From an uncultured cyanobacterium (lineage in GTDB: Bacteria; Cyanobacteriota; Cyanobacteriia; Phormidesmidales; Phormidesmidaceae): a DNA stretch of 64,000 bases. The notes under the pieces were generated by a model that saw nothing but the letters and a program-made list of their open reading frames with translations, did no database searches and was not told the DNA's origin. The stretch covers positions 352,001 through 416,000 of the forward strand of contig CAWBZI010000005.1 in NCBI GenBank assembly GCA_963793265.1, given 5' to 3'. Positions 47,797-57,709 of this stretch are shown here, one piece after another. The translations under genes were made by a program, and so were the position numbers. Positions within the stretch are counted from its first letter, which is position 1; each line of letters starts with the position of its first letter.

Positions 47797-49109
47797 GTAA
47801 GCTGCAAGACGATAAAGAGGACGCTGAAGCCAGATAGGTATATGAGGCCAGCGATCGCTAGTCTAGAAAGCCATAATCCAGGCCGATCCACTTCGTCGAG
47901 TGTGGCAATACTGCGCATGTTAAGCCACGCGTAAAAAGGCGCGGCAACAAAGGCAATGATAGTAATGCTGTCGATCAGCGGCTCGAATCCGGCGGTGAAG
48001 ACGGTGAGGAGTAGGCCCGCTAGGGCGATGAAGGTGAGGGCTAGGCCCTGACGGATTGAAAAATTGTAGGTCTGGGTCGTAGGAAATAGTTCGTGGAGGC
48101 CAGCGGCGAGGGTGCGGGGGAAGGCGTCTACGACGGTGAAAGTGGTGGAGAAAATGGCAGCGATCGCACACAGTCCAATCACCGGCTCTGCCCAAGCGCC
48201 AATGTAGCTCGTATACATACCCACAAGCTGCCCCGCAAACTCAGCCGGTTCACTTGCGAGCCCCTGCCCCGGCAGCGTCAGCGTTCCTAACGTCAAAAAC
48301 AAACAGGCCAGCACCACCGTCAGCACATAGCCAAAATTAAAGTCAAAACTCGCCGCTGCCACCGAAGCCCTCTCGCCACTGTCTTCACCATCCGCCTGCA
48401 CCCACAGCGACTGCCAAATCGACAGCTCCAAACCGCCCGGCATCCACCCCATAAACCCAATCAAAAACGGCACCGCCGCCCAAGAGAAAATAGACCCTCT
48501 AGAAGACGTTGTATCTACAACTATTTTGGGTATCCCTTCCATAATGCTGGAACTCGCAGCGCCTGCAAGCTGCACATTTGCTGGAAAAACAGACGTATAC
48601 ATTGCCATAAAGACTGCACTAACAGTTGCTACAGATAGGAAAATAACGCACCATTTTGTAATCTGCTCGAACAAACGGTAGCGACCTACGGCAATCAGCA
48701 TCCAGCAAAACAGCAGTACGCTAACGGCCAATACAGTTGAAGAAACCTGAGGAAACCATAGATATTGCAGCAGCATAGCGGCGACAAACGCATCTACTGC
48801 AAAGCTACCCACCGCGCTGACAAAGCTAATGGCTAAGAACGGAATAAAAAACCGCTTGCCCTGCTGCCGGTATGCCTGAATCAGGTTTTGCCCAGAAGCC
48901 GCCGCGTACCGATGCCCGTATTCATAAAACGGATACTTCATCAGGTTAGCCAGCAGCACGAAAGCCAGTGCCCCCCAGCCGTACAGCGCCCCAGCCCTCG
49001 TACTCTGCACCAAATGAGAGACGCCAATTGCTGCGCCTGCCATCAGTAGCCCTGGCCCGAGCTGCGAAAGCGAAAACATAAGGCTCTTTTTGTCTGTCGC
49101 TGTCGTCAT
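47793..49109 (-). CDS. NRAMP-like divalent cation transporter
   Basis: LGPGLLMAGAAIGVSHLVQSTRAGA, KYPFYEYG and GWMP motifs; about 11 TM helices. Confidence 0.85.
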   Translation of the reverse strand: MTTATDKKSLMFSLSQLGPGLLMAGAAIGVSHLVQSTRAGALYGWGALAFVLLANLMKYPFYEYGHRYAAASGQNLIQAYRQQGKRFFIPFLAISFVSAVGSFAVDAFVAAMLLQYLWFPQVSSTVLAVSVLLFCWMLIAVGRYRLFEQITKWCVIFLSVATVSAVFMAMYTSVFPANVQLAGAASSSIMEGIPKIVVDTTSSRGSIFSWAAVPFLIGFMGWMPGGLELSIWQSLWVQADGEDSGERASVAAASFDFNFGYVLTVVLACLFLTLGTLTLPGQGLASEPAEFAGQLVGMYTSYIGAWAEPVIGLCAIAAIFSTTFTVVDAFPRTLAAGLHELFPTTQTYNFSIRQGLALTFIALAGLLLTVFTAGFEPLIDSITIIAFVAAPFYAWLNMRSIATLDEVDRPGLWLSRLAIAGLIYLSGFSVLFIVLQLT

Positions 49110-49171
49110 TTCTTAGGGCTGCTACATCAGGTCTGGTCAATAGTATTATTAAGGAATATGACGCCCCAAAG

Positions 49172-50182
49172 ATGGAGTTTATGAATCTGCTTCTTTCACT
49201 GCTGCTGGTGCTGCCGGTTATTGGTATTGCCGTTTACCTGCTCACCCCCCGCCGCTACGACTCTTCAGACTCCGTGGCGACCTCTTACGACGAATGGACG
49301 CAAGACGGCATCCTGGAGTTTTACTGGGGCGAGCATATTCACCTGGGCCACTACGGCTCGCCGCCGAGGCAGAAGGACTTTCGGCAGGCGAAGTTTGATT
49401 TTGTACATGAGATGGTGAAGTGGGGCGGTTTGGATCAGTGCGCGCCAGGAACGACGCTGCTGGACGTGGGCTGCGGGATTGGCGGCAGTAGTCGGGTGCT
49501 AGCACGTGACTATGGCTTTGATGTGACGGCGGTGACGATTAGTCCGCAGCAGGTAGAGCGGGCAACGCAGCTGACGCCAGAGGGGCTGAGCGCACAGTTT
49601 TTAGTAGACGATGCGATGGCGCTGTCGTTTCCTGATGAGAGCTTTGACGTGGTGTGGTCTTTAGAGGCGGGGCCGCATATGCCGGATAAGGCGGTGTTTG
49701 CGAGGGAATTATTGCGAGTGCTGAAGCCAGGCGGGCGGCTAGTGGTGGGCGATTGGAATCAGAGGGATGACCGCCGCAGGCCGCTGAACTTTTGGGAAAA
49801 GCCGGTGATGAAGCAGCTTTTAGATCAGTGGTCGCATCCTGAGTTTTCGAGCATAGAGGGGTTCTCAGAGCTGTTGGAAGAGACAGGGCTAGTGAAGGGC
49901 CAGGTGGAGACGGCGGACTGGTCGCAGGAAACGCTGCCGTCTTGGATTGATTCGATTTGGCAGGGAATTATTCGTCCGAAGGGACTGATTAAATTTGGCT
50001 TTTCAGGCTTTGTGAAGTCTGTGCGAGAAGTGCCGACGCTGCTACTGATGCGGTTGGCTTTTGGCAATGGGCTATGCCGGTTTGGCATGTTTAGGGCGGT
50101 ACGGGCTGAGGTACCCTCTGAGGCGTCAGGTGAGAAGCAAGATGCGATCGCTCAAAACAAAGCTGCGATCTCTAGCCACTAA
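49172..50182 (+). CDS. MPBQ/MSBQ methyltransferase-like SAM methyltransferase (tocopherol pathway)
   Basis: WGEHIHLGHY, LDVGCGIGG, EAGPHMPDK and DWNQRD motifs. Confidence 0.85.
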   Translation: MEFMNLLLSLLLVLPVIGIAVYLLTPRRYDSSDSVATSYDEWTQDGILEFYWGEHIHLGHYGSPPRQKDFRQAKFDFVHEMVKWGGLDQCAPGTTLLDVGCGIGGSSRVLARDYGFDVTAVTISPQQVERATQLTPEGLSAQFLVDDAMALSFPDESFDVVWSLEAGPHMPDKAVFARELLRVLKPGGRLVVGDWNQRDDRRRPLNFWEKPVMKQLLDQWSHPEFSSIEGFSELLEETGLVKGQVETADWSQETLPSWIDSIWQGIIRPKGLIKFGFSGFVKSVREVPTLLLMRLAFGNGLCRFGMFRAVRAEVPSEASGEKQDAIAQNKAAISSH

Positions 50183-50377
50183 CATTATCCTTAAGCTATT
50201 GCACTGTTCTATCCCTGTACGAAAAATGTCATTGACATACGGACGTGTAAAATCAATCTTAGCTTTATACTAAGCCTCAGTTATTATGCCTACCGTAGTT
50301 ATACGGTTTTGTATTGACTTATCTTCCTCTGATGTCCATCAAAGGAATCGTTTTCATGTGCGCTACCCCTTTTTTCT

Positions 50378-50983
50378 ATGAGTTTTATCCGACTGCTGCT
50401 TGACGAAAGCGTAGACAACTGGAACCAATGGCGAGCCGAAAATCCTAATACACCCTGTAGCCTAGCTGGAGAGGATCTGAGCTTAGGCTACTTTTATGAA
50501 GGCGACTTTAGCGGTGCAAATCTAAGAGGCGTGAACCTACAGCGAGCCTGCCTCATTGGTGCAGACTTAAGATGGGCCGATCTGCGAGGGGCAAAGCTGA
50601 ACGGCGCTTATCTCGATGAGGCCAACTTCTACGGTGCGAATCTGACGGATGCTGAATTTGTCGGTGCAAGTTTGGATCGGGCTAATTTGCGGCGCGTTCA
50701 CTGGTTTGGAAAGCAGATAGCCTGTGCTGATGCGGGTGTTTTAGGTGTGGATTTGGCGATCGCTGAGAAGCCAACTGTACTAAAAGCCTCTTCAGCTAAC
50801 AAGATTAGTCCGCAGCTCAGTCAAGCGTCCAGCCACCCAACGAACCAGCCGTTTGAGCAGCCACTCGAACAACAGGTTGAACGACGAAAAACCAGCCAGT
50901 TCGATCGAATACTCGCCTGGCGGCTTCGGCCTCAGCTCCGCATCGCTAAACCTCTCCCCATCCTGGGTTTAGGCGCTTCATAA
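50378..50983 (+). CDS. Pentapeptide repeat protein
   Basis: WNQWR cap and ANL/ADL repeats; 3' end overlaps the convergent gene by 38 bp. Confidence 0.85.
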   Translation: MSFIRLLLDESVDNWNQWRAENPNTPCSLAGEDLSLGYFYEGDFSGANLRGVNLQRACLIGADLRWADLRGAKLNGAYLDEANFYGANLTDAEFVGASLDRANLRRVHWFGKQIACADAGVLGVDLAIAEKPTVLKASSANKISPQLSQASSHPTNQPFEQPLEQQVERRKTSQFDRILAWRLRPQLRIAKPLPILGLGAS

Positions 50984-52094
50984 TTGGGTTATAAACTTTG
51001 AAGTAAGCAATCGAACCGACCTGTCGTAAAAGAGACTTTTGCTTAGTATCAGCGCCCATGCAGCGCTGACAAACAGGGTTAGTCACCTGAAACTTATCGA
51101 AGCCAGAACGCAGGCCGCAGGCCGGAGCTTGCCGATCAAGGATGTCGAGCAGCGTATTGTTGTTTAAGTTGCCCAACGGAATTTTGCCATCGTAGTCTTT
51201 ACAGCAAGGAACAACGGTTCCGTCGTATAGAATGCCTGCCTGGTCGGTGGTGCCGTTGCAATAGCCAAAGGTGGCCGGTACAACAGTTGTGCTTTCGACG
51301 TTGCCCCAACTATCAAGCGGAAAGGTTTCAAGGGCGAGTTTTGGGGTGAGTTCTATCACCTGCCATCGACCGGGCTTATGAGTGGCTAGTTTCTGTTGTA
51401 TTTCTGTTGGTGATGGGCGGTCAGGTAGGTTTGAAAGGAGGCGATCGCTCCACTCTTTTAACTGCTGCTGCATCTGTTCTTTTCCTTCTACTACGTGCAT
51501 CGTTTTGTGCGGTACCAGGAAAGGATGCGGCGTCGTATCTAGGAATTTCAGATGCACACGCGTTTGCGAAGTCTCGTCTGCAAGGTTTGCCTGCACATAT
51601 TGAGTAATGCCTTCAAAGTATTGCTGCGGCTGAAGGTTTGGCGGTGCGCCTCGAATGATGAATGTGTCAGGGTCGGGCGTTTGCAGTGAGATAGTGACTT
51701 TGGGGATGCCGGAAGCTACGAGTTTAGAGATATGCTCGGGGCGGATGTGGAAGGTGCTGCCGTTGGTGGTGAGATGAAGGTTGAGATTGCGTTCGGTGGC
51801 CAGTGCGATCGCCTCAAAAATATGCGGATAGATCAACGGCTCGCCCATCAAATGAAAGGCCACAATCTTAGCGACGTTGTTATCGGCAATCTCATCTAGC
51901 GCTTTAGTCAGCAGCGCTTTGTCCATATGCCCGCGCTTGCGTTCCATAATCGCATCCGGGCAAAACTCACACTTAAAGTTACACACATTCGTAACTTCTA
52001 AATGAATGCGCTCTAGCCGGTAGCCTTTGTCTTTCTGAGAAGACTGCTGAGAACGTGTGCTCGCTGGTGACGCGGTACGATAGGCCGTAGACAT
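50946..52094 (-). CDS. Radical SAM/SPASM domain protein
   Basis: CNFKCEFC, MGEPL and TTNG motifs; SPASM/twitch YC...DGTVVPCC...LGN...CQRC. Confidence 0.9.
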   Translation of the reverse strand: MSTAYRTASPASTRSQQSSQKDKGYRLERIHLEVTNVCNFKCEFCPDAIMERKRGHMDKALLTKALDEIADNNVAKIVAFHLMGEPLIYPHIFEAIALATERNLNLHLTTNGSTFHIRPEHISKLVASGIPKVTISLQTPDPDTFIIRGAPPNLQPQQYFEGITQYVQANLADETSQTRVHLKFLDTTPHPFLVPHKTMHVVEGKEQMQQQLKEWSDRLLSNLPDRPSPTEIQQKLATHKPGRWQVIELTPKLALETFPLDSWGNVESTTVVPATFGYCNGTTDQAGILYDGTVVPCCKDYDGKIPLGNLNNNTLLDILDRQAPACGLRSGFDKFQVTNPVCQRCMGADTKQKSLLRQVGSIAYFKVYNPIMKRLNPGWGEV

Positions 52095-52205
52095 ATAGAA
52101 ATCACTGCTGCTATAGAGATCGCGCTTCTTACTTTAGCAACGGAGCCTAGATAGTTGCTGAGAGCGTGGTGAAAATTTTAGGGTTGAGGCAAGAGGACAG
52201 GCACG

Positions 52206-52778
52206 ATGAGCAAAACGATTGAGGCGGCAGTGGCATACCTAAAAGGAGAGGGTGAAAAGCCGAAGCCTGCTGATGTAGTGGCGGCTTTGCTAGCAGCAGA
52301 GAAGCAGAGCAAAAAAGAAAAGCTGCGCTATGACTATGATCAGTTTGTAGGAACCTGGCGGTTGGGGTTTGTCTCGGGTACGAAAACTGTACGGTCTGGC
52401 CCTAAATCTACACCCGTCAAAAGACCTGGAAAGGGTCGGTTTCTGCCCGGTTTTGCAAAGATAGAAATTACCTACACTGATGCAAATACTGTAAAGAATG
52501 CTGTCAGCGCTGGGCCGCTACGGCTGCAACTGAGTGGGCCCACTCGATTTTGGCGCAACACAAACAGCTTAGCGTTTGACTTTACGCATTTGAATGCTGG
52601 TATAGGGCCGCTGACGGTTTACAACGGTGACATGCGTGGCGGTGACGCTCAAGCGCAAACGTTTCTCAGTCAATCTTTAAAGGATCAAGCCTTTTTTACG
52701 TTTTTCATCGTGGAAGAAACGTTTATTGCCGCTAGAGGTAAGGGCGGTGGGCTGGCACTGTGGACTGCGGTGGGCTAG
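52206..52778 (+). CDS. Hypothetical protein, PAP/fibrillin-like
   Basis: GTWRL N-terminal lipocalin-like motif and ARGKGGGLALW C-terminus. Confidence 0.65.
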   Translation: MSKTIEAAVAYLKGEGEKPKPADVVAALLAAEKQSKKEKLRYDYDQFVGTWRLGFVSGTKTVRSGPKSTPVKRPGKGRFLPGFAKIEITYTDANTVKNAVSAGPLRLQLSGPTRFWRNTNSLAFDFTHLNAGIGPLTVYNGDMRGGDAQAQTFLSQSLKDQAFFTFFIVEETFIAARGKGGGLALWTAVG

Positions 52779-53266
52779 CCAGCTTCTAGATTTTGGACGC
52801 GATCGCCTATCCTTCTCACATCTTGATTCGTAGCTACTAGCTCAGCAAGAAGCCTCTGAATAACTTCCTGTTGGGCGTCAAACCGCTGTCTATACTCTTC
52901 ACGGTTGAGTTCGTCTTGTCGTCTGCTTGCTTCAAATCGCTGCCTGTACTCCTCACGGTCGAGTTCGACCTGCTGCCTATCAGCGATCGCTTCATCCCGC
53001 AAATTGTTAAACCGCTGCCGATCTTCTTCTATCTTGCGATCTATTCGCTGCCGATCGGCGATTGCATCGGCGCGTAAGTTATCAAAACGCTGATTACTTT
53101 CAGCCATATTGCGAGTAAGGTTTCGTATTTCTACCTCGTTCGTAGAAATTGCGCCTAGCAAAGTATCTATTTCATCGGTATGTCTCGCCTGCTGGGCTGC
53201 TGTTTCGTTTAGGCGATCGCCTATCACAATTAGCAATGCTTCAAGCCGATCTAGCCGTTCACTCAT
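52775..53266 (-). CDS. Coiled-coil repeat hypothetical protein
   Basis: MSERLDRLE start; internal repeats QRFxNLRxxAIADRQ x2 and ELxREEYRQRF x2. Confidence 0.75.
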   Translation of the reverse strand: MSERLDRLEALLIVIGDRLNETAAQQARHTDEIDTLLGAISTNEVEIRNLTRNMAESNQRFDNLRADAIADRQRIDRKIEEDRQRFNNLRDEAIADRQQVELDREEYRQRFEASRRQDELNREEYRQRFDAQQEVIQRLLAELVATNQDVRRIGDRVQNLEAG

Positions 53267-53339
53267 CTCACTTCGTTTCCTAAACTTTTGTCTGAATAGC
53301 TGCCCTTTAAAATACTACCAACTCGTTCTTTATTGAGAC

Positions 53340-53373
53340 AAAAAAAGGGTCAGGCACCTATCAAGCCTAACCC
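53340..53373 (-). terminator. Intrinsic terminator of acsF
   Basis: Minus strand GGGTTAGGC...GCCTGACCC hairpin followed by T7. Confidence 0.65.
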
Positions 53374-53401
53374 CCTCTTAATAGCTGTTTTCGTGAGCGA
53401 A

Positions 53402-54499
53402 TTACTTCACAATCTCGCGGTTGCTTTCCATGCTGATAGGCTTGATGAAGTACAAGCTAATGAGCTTAGAGCCAATCGCAGTGATGTGAGGAATCTTGCG
53501 GAGGGTCTGGAGCACTTTGTTTTGACCAGATTTGCTGATGTTGGCGATCGCAGCCGTATGCTTCGTACAGCTATCAAGCTGACTAAAGAACTTAGGATGC
53601 TCAACATCCAAAATCACCGGGAACAAGCGACCGGCTGATTCGTTGGTTTTGATGATCACTTCCGTGTCGTACTCGCGCGCATTTAGGCCCAAAGACTCGT
53701 AAAAAGCCCGGCGCTGAATGTCGTTGAGGTACATGGTTGCAAATACCGAGAGCAAGAAGAACCGGCACCACAGTCGCGCTCTGAGATCGTTCAAAAACTG
53801 GGGCTGAGACTTCATCATCGCGGCAAAAAAGTCGCCGTGACGGTTTTCGTCCTGGCACCAGTTGTCGAAGAAGTTGAAGATAGGATAGATGGTATCTTCA
53901 GGGTTTTGCTGCAGGTGGCGGAAGATGGTGATGTAGCGCCAGTAGCCAATTTTCTCGGAGAGATAGGTGGCGTAGAAGATGAACTTAGGTTTGAAGAACG
54001 TATAGCTTTTGCTCTTGGTTAAAAAGCCAAGATCGAGCTGAAGGTCGAAGTCAGACATGGCTTTGTTGAGAAAGCCTGCGTGACGCGCTTCGTCGCGGCT
54101 CATCAAGTCAAAGCCTTCTGCCAGGATAGGATTGCGGCCTTTGAGCTTGCGCGCGAGTTCTTTGTACAGCAAAAAGCCGGAGAATTCAGCGGTGCAGGAG
54201 CGCTCTAAGAACTCGACAAACACCTTGCGCTTTTCACCTTGAATATGATCCCAAGCGCCGTCGAACTGGTCGTTGCGCACGAAATGGTGGCGGTTGTAGT
54301 CCTCTTTGAACTCGGCAATGATAGCCATGAGTTCTTCTTCGTTTGAAGAGACATCCATGTTGGCCATCTCTTCAAAGTCGGTGGTGTAAAACCGGGGCGT
54401 TAGGATGCTGTCCTTGGCCGGTGCTTTTACGCCGGGGCGAATCTCAGAGAATTCATTTTCTAACGAAGGTTTTGCCGGTTTCTTCAGGGAATCTACCAT
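53402..54499 (-). CDS. acsF: Mg-protoporphyrin IX monomethyl ester oxidative cyclase
   Basis: [36 protein letters not shown] and DENRH diiron motifs. Start set at ATG 54499 (GAGG upstream). Confidence 0.96.
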   Translation of the reverse strand: MVDSLKKPAKPSLENEFSEIRPGVKAPAKDSILTPRFYTTDFEEMANMDVSSNEEELMAIIAEFKEDYNRHHFVRNDQFDGAWDHIQGEKRKVFVEFLERSCTAEFSGFLLYKELARKLKGRNPILAEGFDLMSRDEARHAGFLNKAMSDFDLQLDLGFLTKSKSYTFFKPKFIFYATYLSEKIGYWRYITIFRHLQQNPEDTIYPIFNFFDNWCQDENRHGDFFAAMMKSQPQFLNDLRARLWCRFFLLSVFATMYLNDIQRRAFYESLGLNAREYDTEVIIKTNESAGRLFPVILDVEHPKFFSQLDSCTKHTAAIANISKSGQNKVLQTLRKIPHITAIGSKLISLYFIKPISMESNREIVK

Positions 54500-54732
54500 T
54501 GAGTCCTCTTGCCTGTGCCTTGAGCTTTTATATTTTAGGGGTGTTTGCGGGCTTGATTGGCAGGCCGTTACGAACACTTTACGATTCACTATTTCTGAAG
54601 TGCTGACTTCAGAATATGAATACTTAGTGTACAAGATAAAAACTTTTGATCGGTGGTTTTAAAGAATTGCAACAATTTGGCTGACAAGAGAGTCAACGAT
54701 TACGGGTAAGCGTCGGTGCAAAGGGTTCAGTT

Positions 54733-55188
54733 ATGAATGATCGAGGTCGGGCGTTTGTAAAGCTTCTCTGGAACTGGGCTTGGGCCTATCCCTTGGTGAT
54801 GATTTGGGGCGTGGATTTGATGGTGAGTGCGGCGCTACGGCGCGATATGGCGCTGGCCTCTGAGTGGCTACCTAAGCTGTTTCAAAGTGTGATTGCAGCT
54901 CTCCCGTTCATTGCTTTGGCCGTATGCGCTCAGACGCTTTTGGCAAGGGGCCAGGGCCAGGGCGATCGCCGCACAATAGACGGCCTGAGATTTGCAGCGG
55001 TGAGTGTAGTGGCGGCTTCTATGGTGCTTTGGTGCGCCTACTACTGGAATAGCATTGCGACCTACACCCAGCGATCGGTAGGCGGCGCGAATATTGGCTT
55101 GGGGATACTCATCCTGCTTTCCCCCATTTTGCTATCACTGCTGATTCCGGTGGCCTATCTAATTGGGGTCAGGCTATCAAAGGCGTGA
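54733..55188 (+). CDS. Hypothetical 4-TM membrane protein
   Basis: Four hydrophobic helices, GGANIGLG motif. Confidence 0.7.
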   Translation: MNDRGRAFVKLLWNWAWAYPLVMIWGVDLMVSAALRRDMALASEWLPKLFQSVIAALPFIALAVCAQTLLARGQGQGDRRTIDGLRFAAVSVVAASMVLWCAYYWNSIATYTQRSVGGANIGLGILILLSPILLSLLIPVAYLIGVRLSKA

Positions 55189-55207
55189 TGGCTAGCTGAG
55201 GGGCCAG

Positions 55208-56854
55208 CTACCAGTCAAACTTTTCGACTGCATCGTACAAATCTGTTGTCTGTGTCTCTTCAGCCTCAACTTCTTCAGCCTCAGGATCGTCTGTCTCCAC
55301 CTCGACCCTCTGCCTCGCCTCATAAGCTGCTAGCTCACGCGCCACAATCGCCTGAATTTCTTCGTGTGCCGCTACGCCCTCATAGACATAACGGTCGTAG
55401 CCGCCGCGCTCTACCAAGCTTTGCAAGTACGTCACCCGGTCTTCAGGGTTGGGATGGGTAGATATCCAGGCAGGGGCTCTAGGGCCATCACTTTGCTCGT
55501 TCAGCGTCACCATCACGTTGTACAGCCCGTCTGCTGCATAGCCACCTGCCGCTAAAATTTGGGTGCCGACAATATCTGCCTGGCGCTCCATGCCGCGAGA
55601 GTAGCCGCTGATAAAGACGTTGTTGATTAGCCCGCCGTAGGGAATGTGCTGGGCGACGCTGCTGCTGAGATTGCCTCTGGTCGCAATTTGAAAGCCGTGA
55701 GAGAGGACGCTGTGTGAAAGCTCATGGGCCAGCAGTCCGGCTAGCTCGGCTTCGGAGTTGGTGTCGAGAATTGCGCCCGCGTTGACGAATACTTTGCCGC
55801 CAGGCAGGGCGAAGGCGTTGAGAGTAGGATCTAGGATGACGAAAAATTCGTAGTCCAAGTCGCTGCGGCCTGTGGTGGCAGCTAGGCTGTTGCCGATACG
55901 GCGGACGTAGCCCAAAGCTTCGGGGTGCTCTAGCATCGGGAGCTGTTGCTGAATGCGATTGGCGTACTGGTTGCCAATGTTGTTTTCGCCTTGCAGCAGC
56001 ATCACCGCTGAGTTAGCGGCGGTGAAGGGGCCGAAAATGCTACCGGTGAGGGCGTAGCTGAGGATGCCTGTAAAGGCGTTGGCGATCGCACCTTCTCGCA
56101 AATCACCTCGAGTCTCACGCTGGAAGCGCGCTTGGTTCTCAGCGGCTAGGGCGGCTTGCGTAGGGGCTTGGGGATGGTCGGGGTTTAGGGCGACGAACTG
56201 ACGAGAGGCGATCACAGCTTCTAACCACTGCGCTTGAGACATCAGCAAATCGACCTGCGCGCTCAGTAAGTCAGCCTGCGCCGGGTACTGCGTTAGCGCC
56301 GCCTCTAGCACAGCATTGGCCTCATCAGCGCGACCGTCAGCTTCTAGCATCTGCGCATACTTCAGATGGCCCGGTATAAAGGCAGGTTCTTGGTCACTCA
56401 GCAGCGAAAAAGCCACCAGCGTTTGCGAAGGTCTTTCATTCGCCATCCCTGCTTGAGCTTCACGCCAATACACCGCGCCCGCAGGCGAAAGCAGCCTCTC
56501 ATCACTGAAAGGCTCTGGTGGCAGCTTTCCAAATCGATTAAACGGTAGCCAGTTTTCGTCTTTGGCCTGTCGGTACAGCGCCCGCGCTGCTGCAAAGTTA
56601 CCGGCTGCGTATTCTGCATCTCCCCGTATTAACAGCTTCCGGCGAGTGCGCTCAGCTTCTGTCAAACGCGGCGCTTCGTTCTCCTCAACCGGCTCAGTTG
56701 GAACAGATTGCTCAACCGGCTCGGTTATAACAGGGTCTTCAGGCGCTGCTGTAGGTTCACTGGTTTGCGCGATCGCAGGCGCGATATATCCGCTGGCAAC
56801 AGAAAAGGTAAAACTGCTAATCACCGCCAACAGGAATGCCGTAGTGCGCTTCAT
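55208..56854 (-). CDS. M48-family metalloprotease with N-terminal TPRs
   Basis: Signal peptide; NAFALPGG, LAHELSH, YSRGMERQAD and STHP motifs. Confidence 0.92.
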   Translation of the reverse strand: MKRTTAFLLAVISSFTFSVASGYIAPAIAQTSEPTAAPEDPVITEPVEQSVPTEPVEENEAPRLTEAERTRRKLLIRGDAEYAAGNFAAARALYRQAKDENWLPFNRFGKLPPEPFSDERLLSPAGAVYWREAQAGMANERPSQTLVAFSLLSDQEPAFIPGHLKYAQMLEADGRADEANAVLEAALTQYPAQADLLSAQVDLLMSQAQWLEAVIASRQFVALNPDHPQAPTQAALAAENQARFQRETRGDLREGAIANAFTGILSYALTGSIFGPFTAANSAVMLLQGENNIGNQYANRIQQQLPMLEHPEALGYVRRIGNSLAATTGRSDLDYEFFVILDPTLNAFALPGGKVFVNAGAILDTNSEAELAGLLAHELSHSVLSHGFQIATRGNLSSSVAQHIPYGGLINNVFISGYSRGMERQADIVGTQILAAGGYAADGLYNVMVTLNEQSDGPRAPAWISTHPNPEDRVTYLQSLVERGGYDRYVYEGVAAHEEIQAIVARELAAYEARQRVEVETDDPEAEEVEAEETQTTDLYDAVEKFDW

Positions 56855-56980
56855 GACGCCTGATATCTCCTAACTCAAAGTGCAATTTAAATACGTCTAG
56901 ATAGGAAAGCGATTTATAGGGATATGCCATCCAGTGATTGCTATACTAAATCCTGTAGAGATTCTTAAGACATATACACT

Positions 56981-57466
56981 ATGAGTTCCGAAACCCTAGA
57001 AGCTATTAAACCATGGCTTAATTTTATCCACCCTATATTGATGTGGGGAATTTTGGGGCTGACGCTTTATGCGGGTTGGCTAGGGTATCAGCACCGACAA
57101 ACTCGCTTGGCGACAGGTGAAGAGAAGAAGGCGCTGATAAAAGGCAAGTTTTTGGCGCGTCACCACAAGGCAGGCTCTATTTTGCTGGCCTCAATGGTCG
57201 TTGTTAGCATTGGCGGTATGGGCGCGACGTACCTCAACAATGGCAAGCTGTTTTTTGGCCCTCATCTGCTTGCAGGCTTAGGCATGATGGGCCTGATCGC
57301 CACGTCGGCTTCGCTAGTTCCCTTTATGCAAAAAGGCAACGATTCGGCCCGCTACACGCATATTGGACTAAACACGGTGCTAGTGGGCTTGTTTGGCTGG
57401 CAGGCATTTAGCGGCGTGCAAATTGTACAAAAGATTCTAAACGGGATGTTTGGGTGGTTCGCTTAG
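56981..57466 (+). CDS. DUF4079-like membrane protein
   Basis: FIHPILMW, RHH..GS, GKLFFGPHL and ARYTHI motifs; His-containing TM helices. Confidence 0.85.
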   Translation: MSSETLEAIKPWLNFIHPILMWGILGLTLYAGWLGYQHRQTRLATGEEKKALIKGKFLARHHKAGSILLASMVVVSIGGMGATYLNNGKLFFGPHLLAGLGMMGLIATSASLVPFMQKGNDSARYTHIGLNTVLVGLFGWQAFSGVQIVQKILNGMFGWFA

Positions 57467-57514
57467 GCGCTGCGCTGGCTAGAGTCTAAAGTAAGTAGCA
57501 ATTTAAGTGAATAC

Positions 57515-57556
57515 AAAAAAAGGCAGACTCTAGGCTTCTTCTAGGGTCTGCCTTTT
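57515..57556. terminator. Bidirectional terminator (longer U-tract on the minus strand)
   Basis: A7-GGCAGACTCTAG...CTAGGGTCTGCC-T4. Confidence 0.8.
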
Positions 57557-57680
57557 GGCTTCTTACACTGCGGGTTCACGCAGAGCAGTCGATGGAGGTT
57601 GGATTTCTGTCTGGCTAGAAATTTTGTAATCTCTTTTGGATCAGAATGCTGCTATCGGCTGCTCGTTTTGCAGTGGTTTA
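57515..57680 (-). ncRNA. PsrR1-like small regulatory RNA candidate (5' end approximate)
   Basis: Minus strand carries AATCCAACCTCCATCGACTGCTCTGCGTGAACCCGCAG (anti-SD followed by a hairpin) ahead of a U7 terminator; an HLR1-like repeat lies upstream; no ORF. Resemblance to PsrR1 is from memory. Confidence 0.5.
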
Positions 57681-57691
57681 CTTCGCTATGA

Positions 57692-57709
57692 ATAACATGC
57701 CCTTACATC
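57692..57709. promoter_or_regulatory. HLR1-like (RpaB) direct repeat
   Basis: TAACAT (57693) and TTACAT (57703) with 10-bp period; imperfect match to (G/T)TTACA(T/A)(T/A)-N2 x2. Confidence 0.4.
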
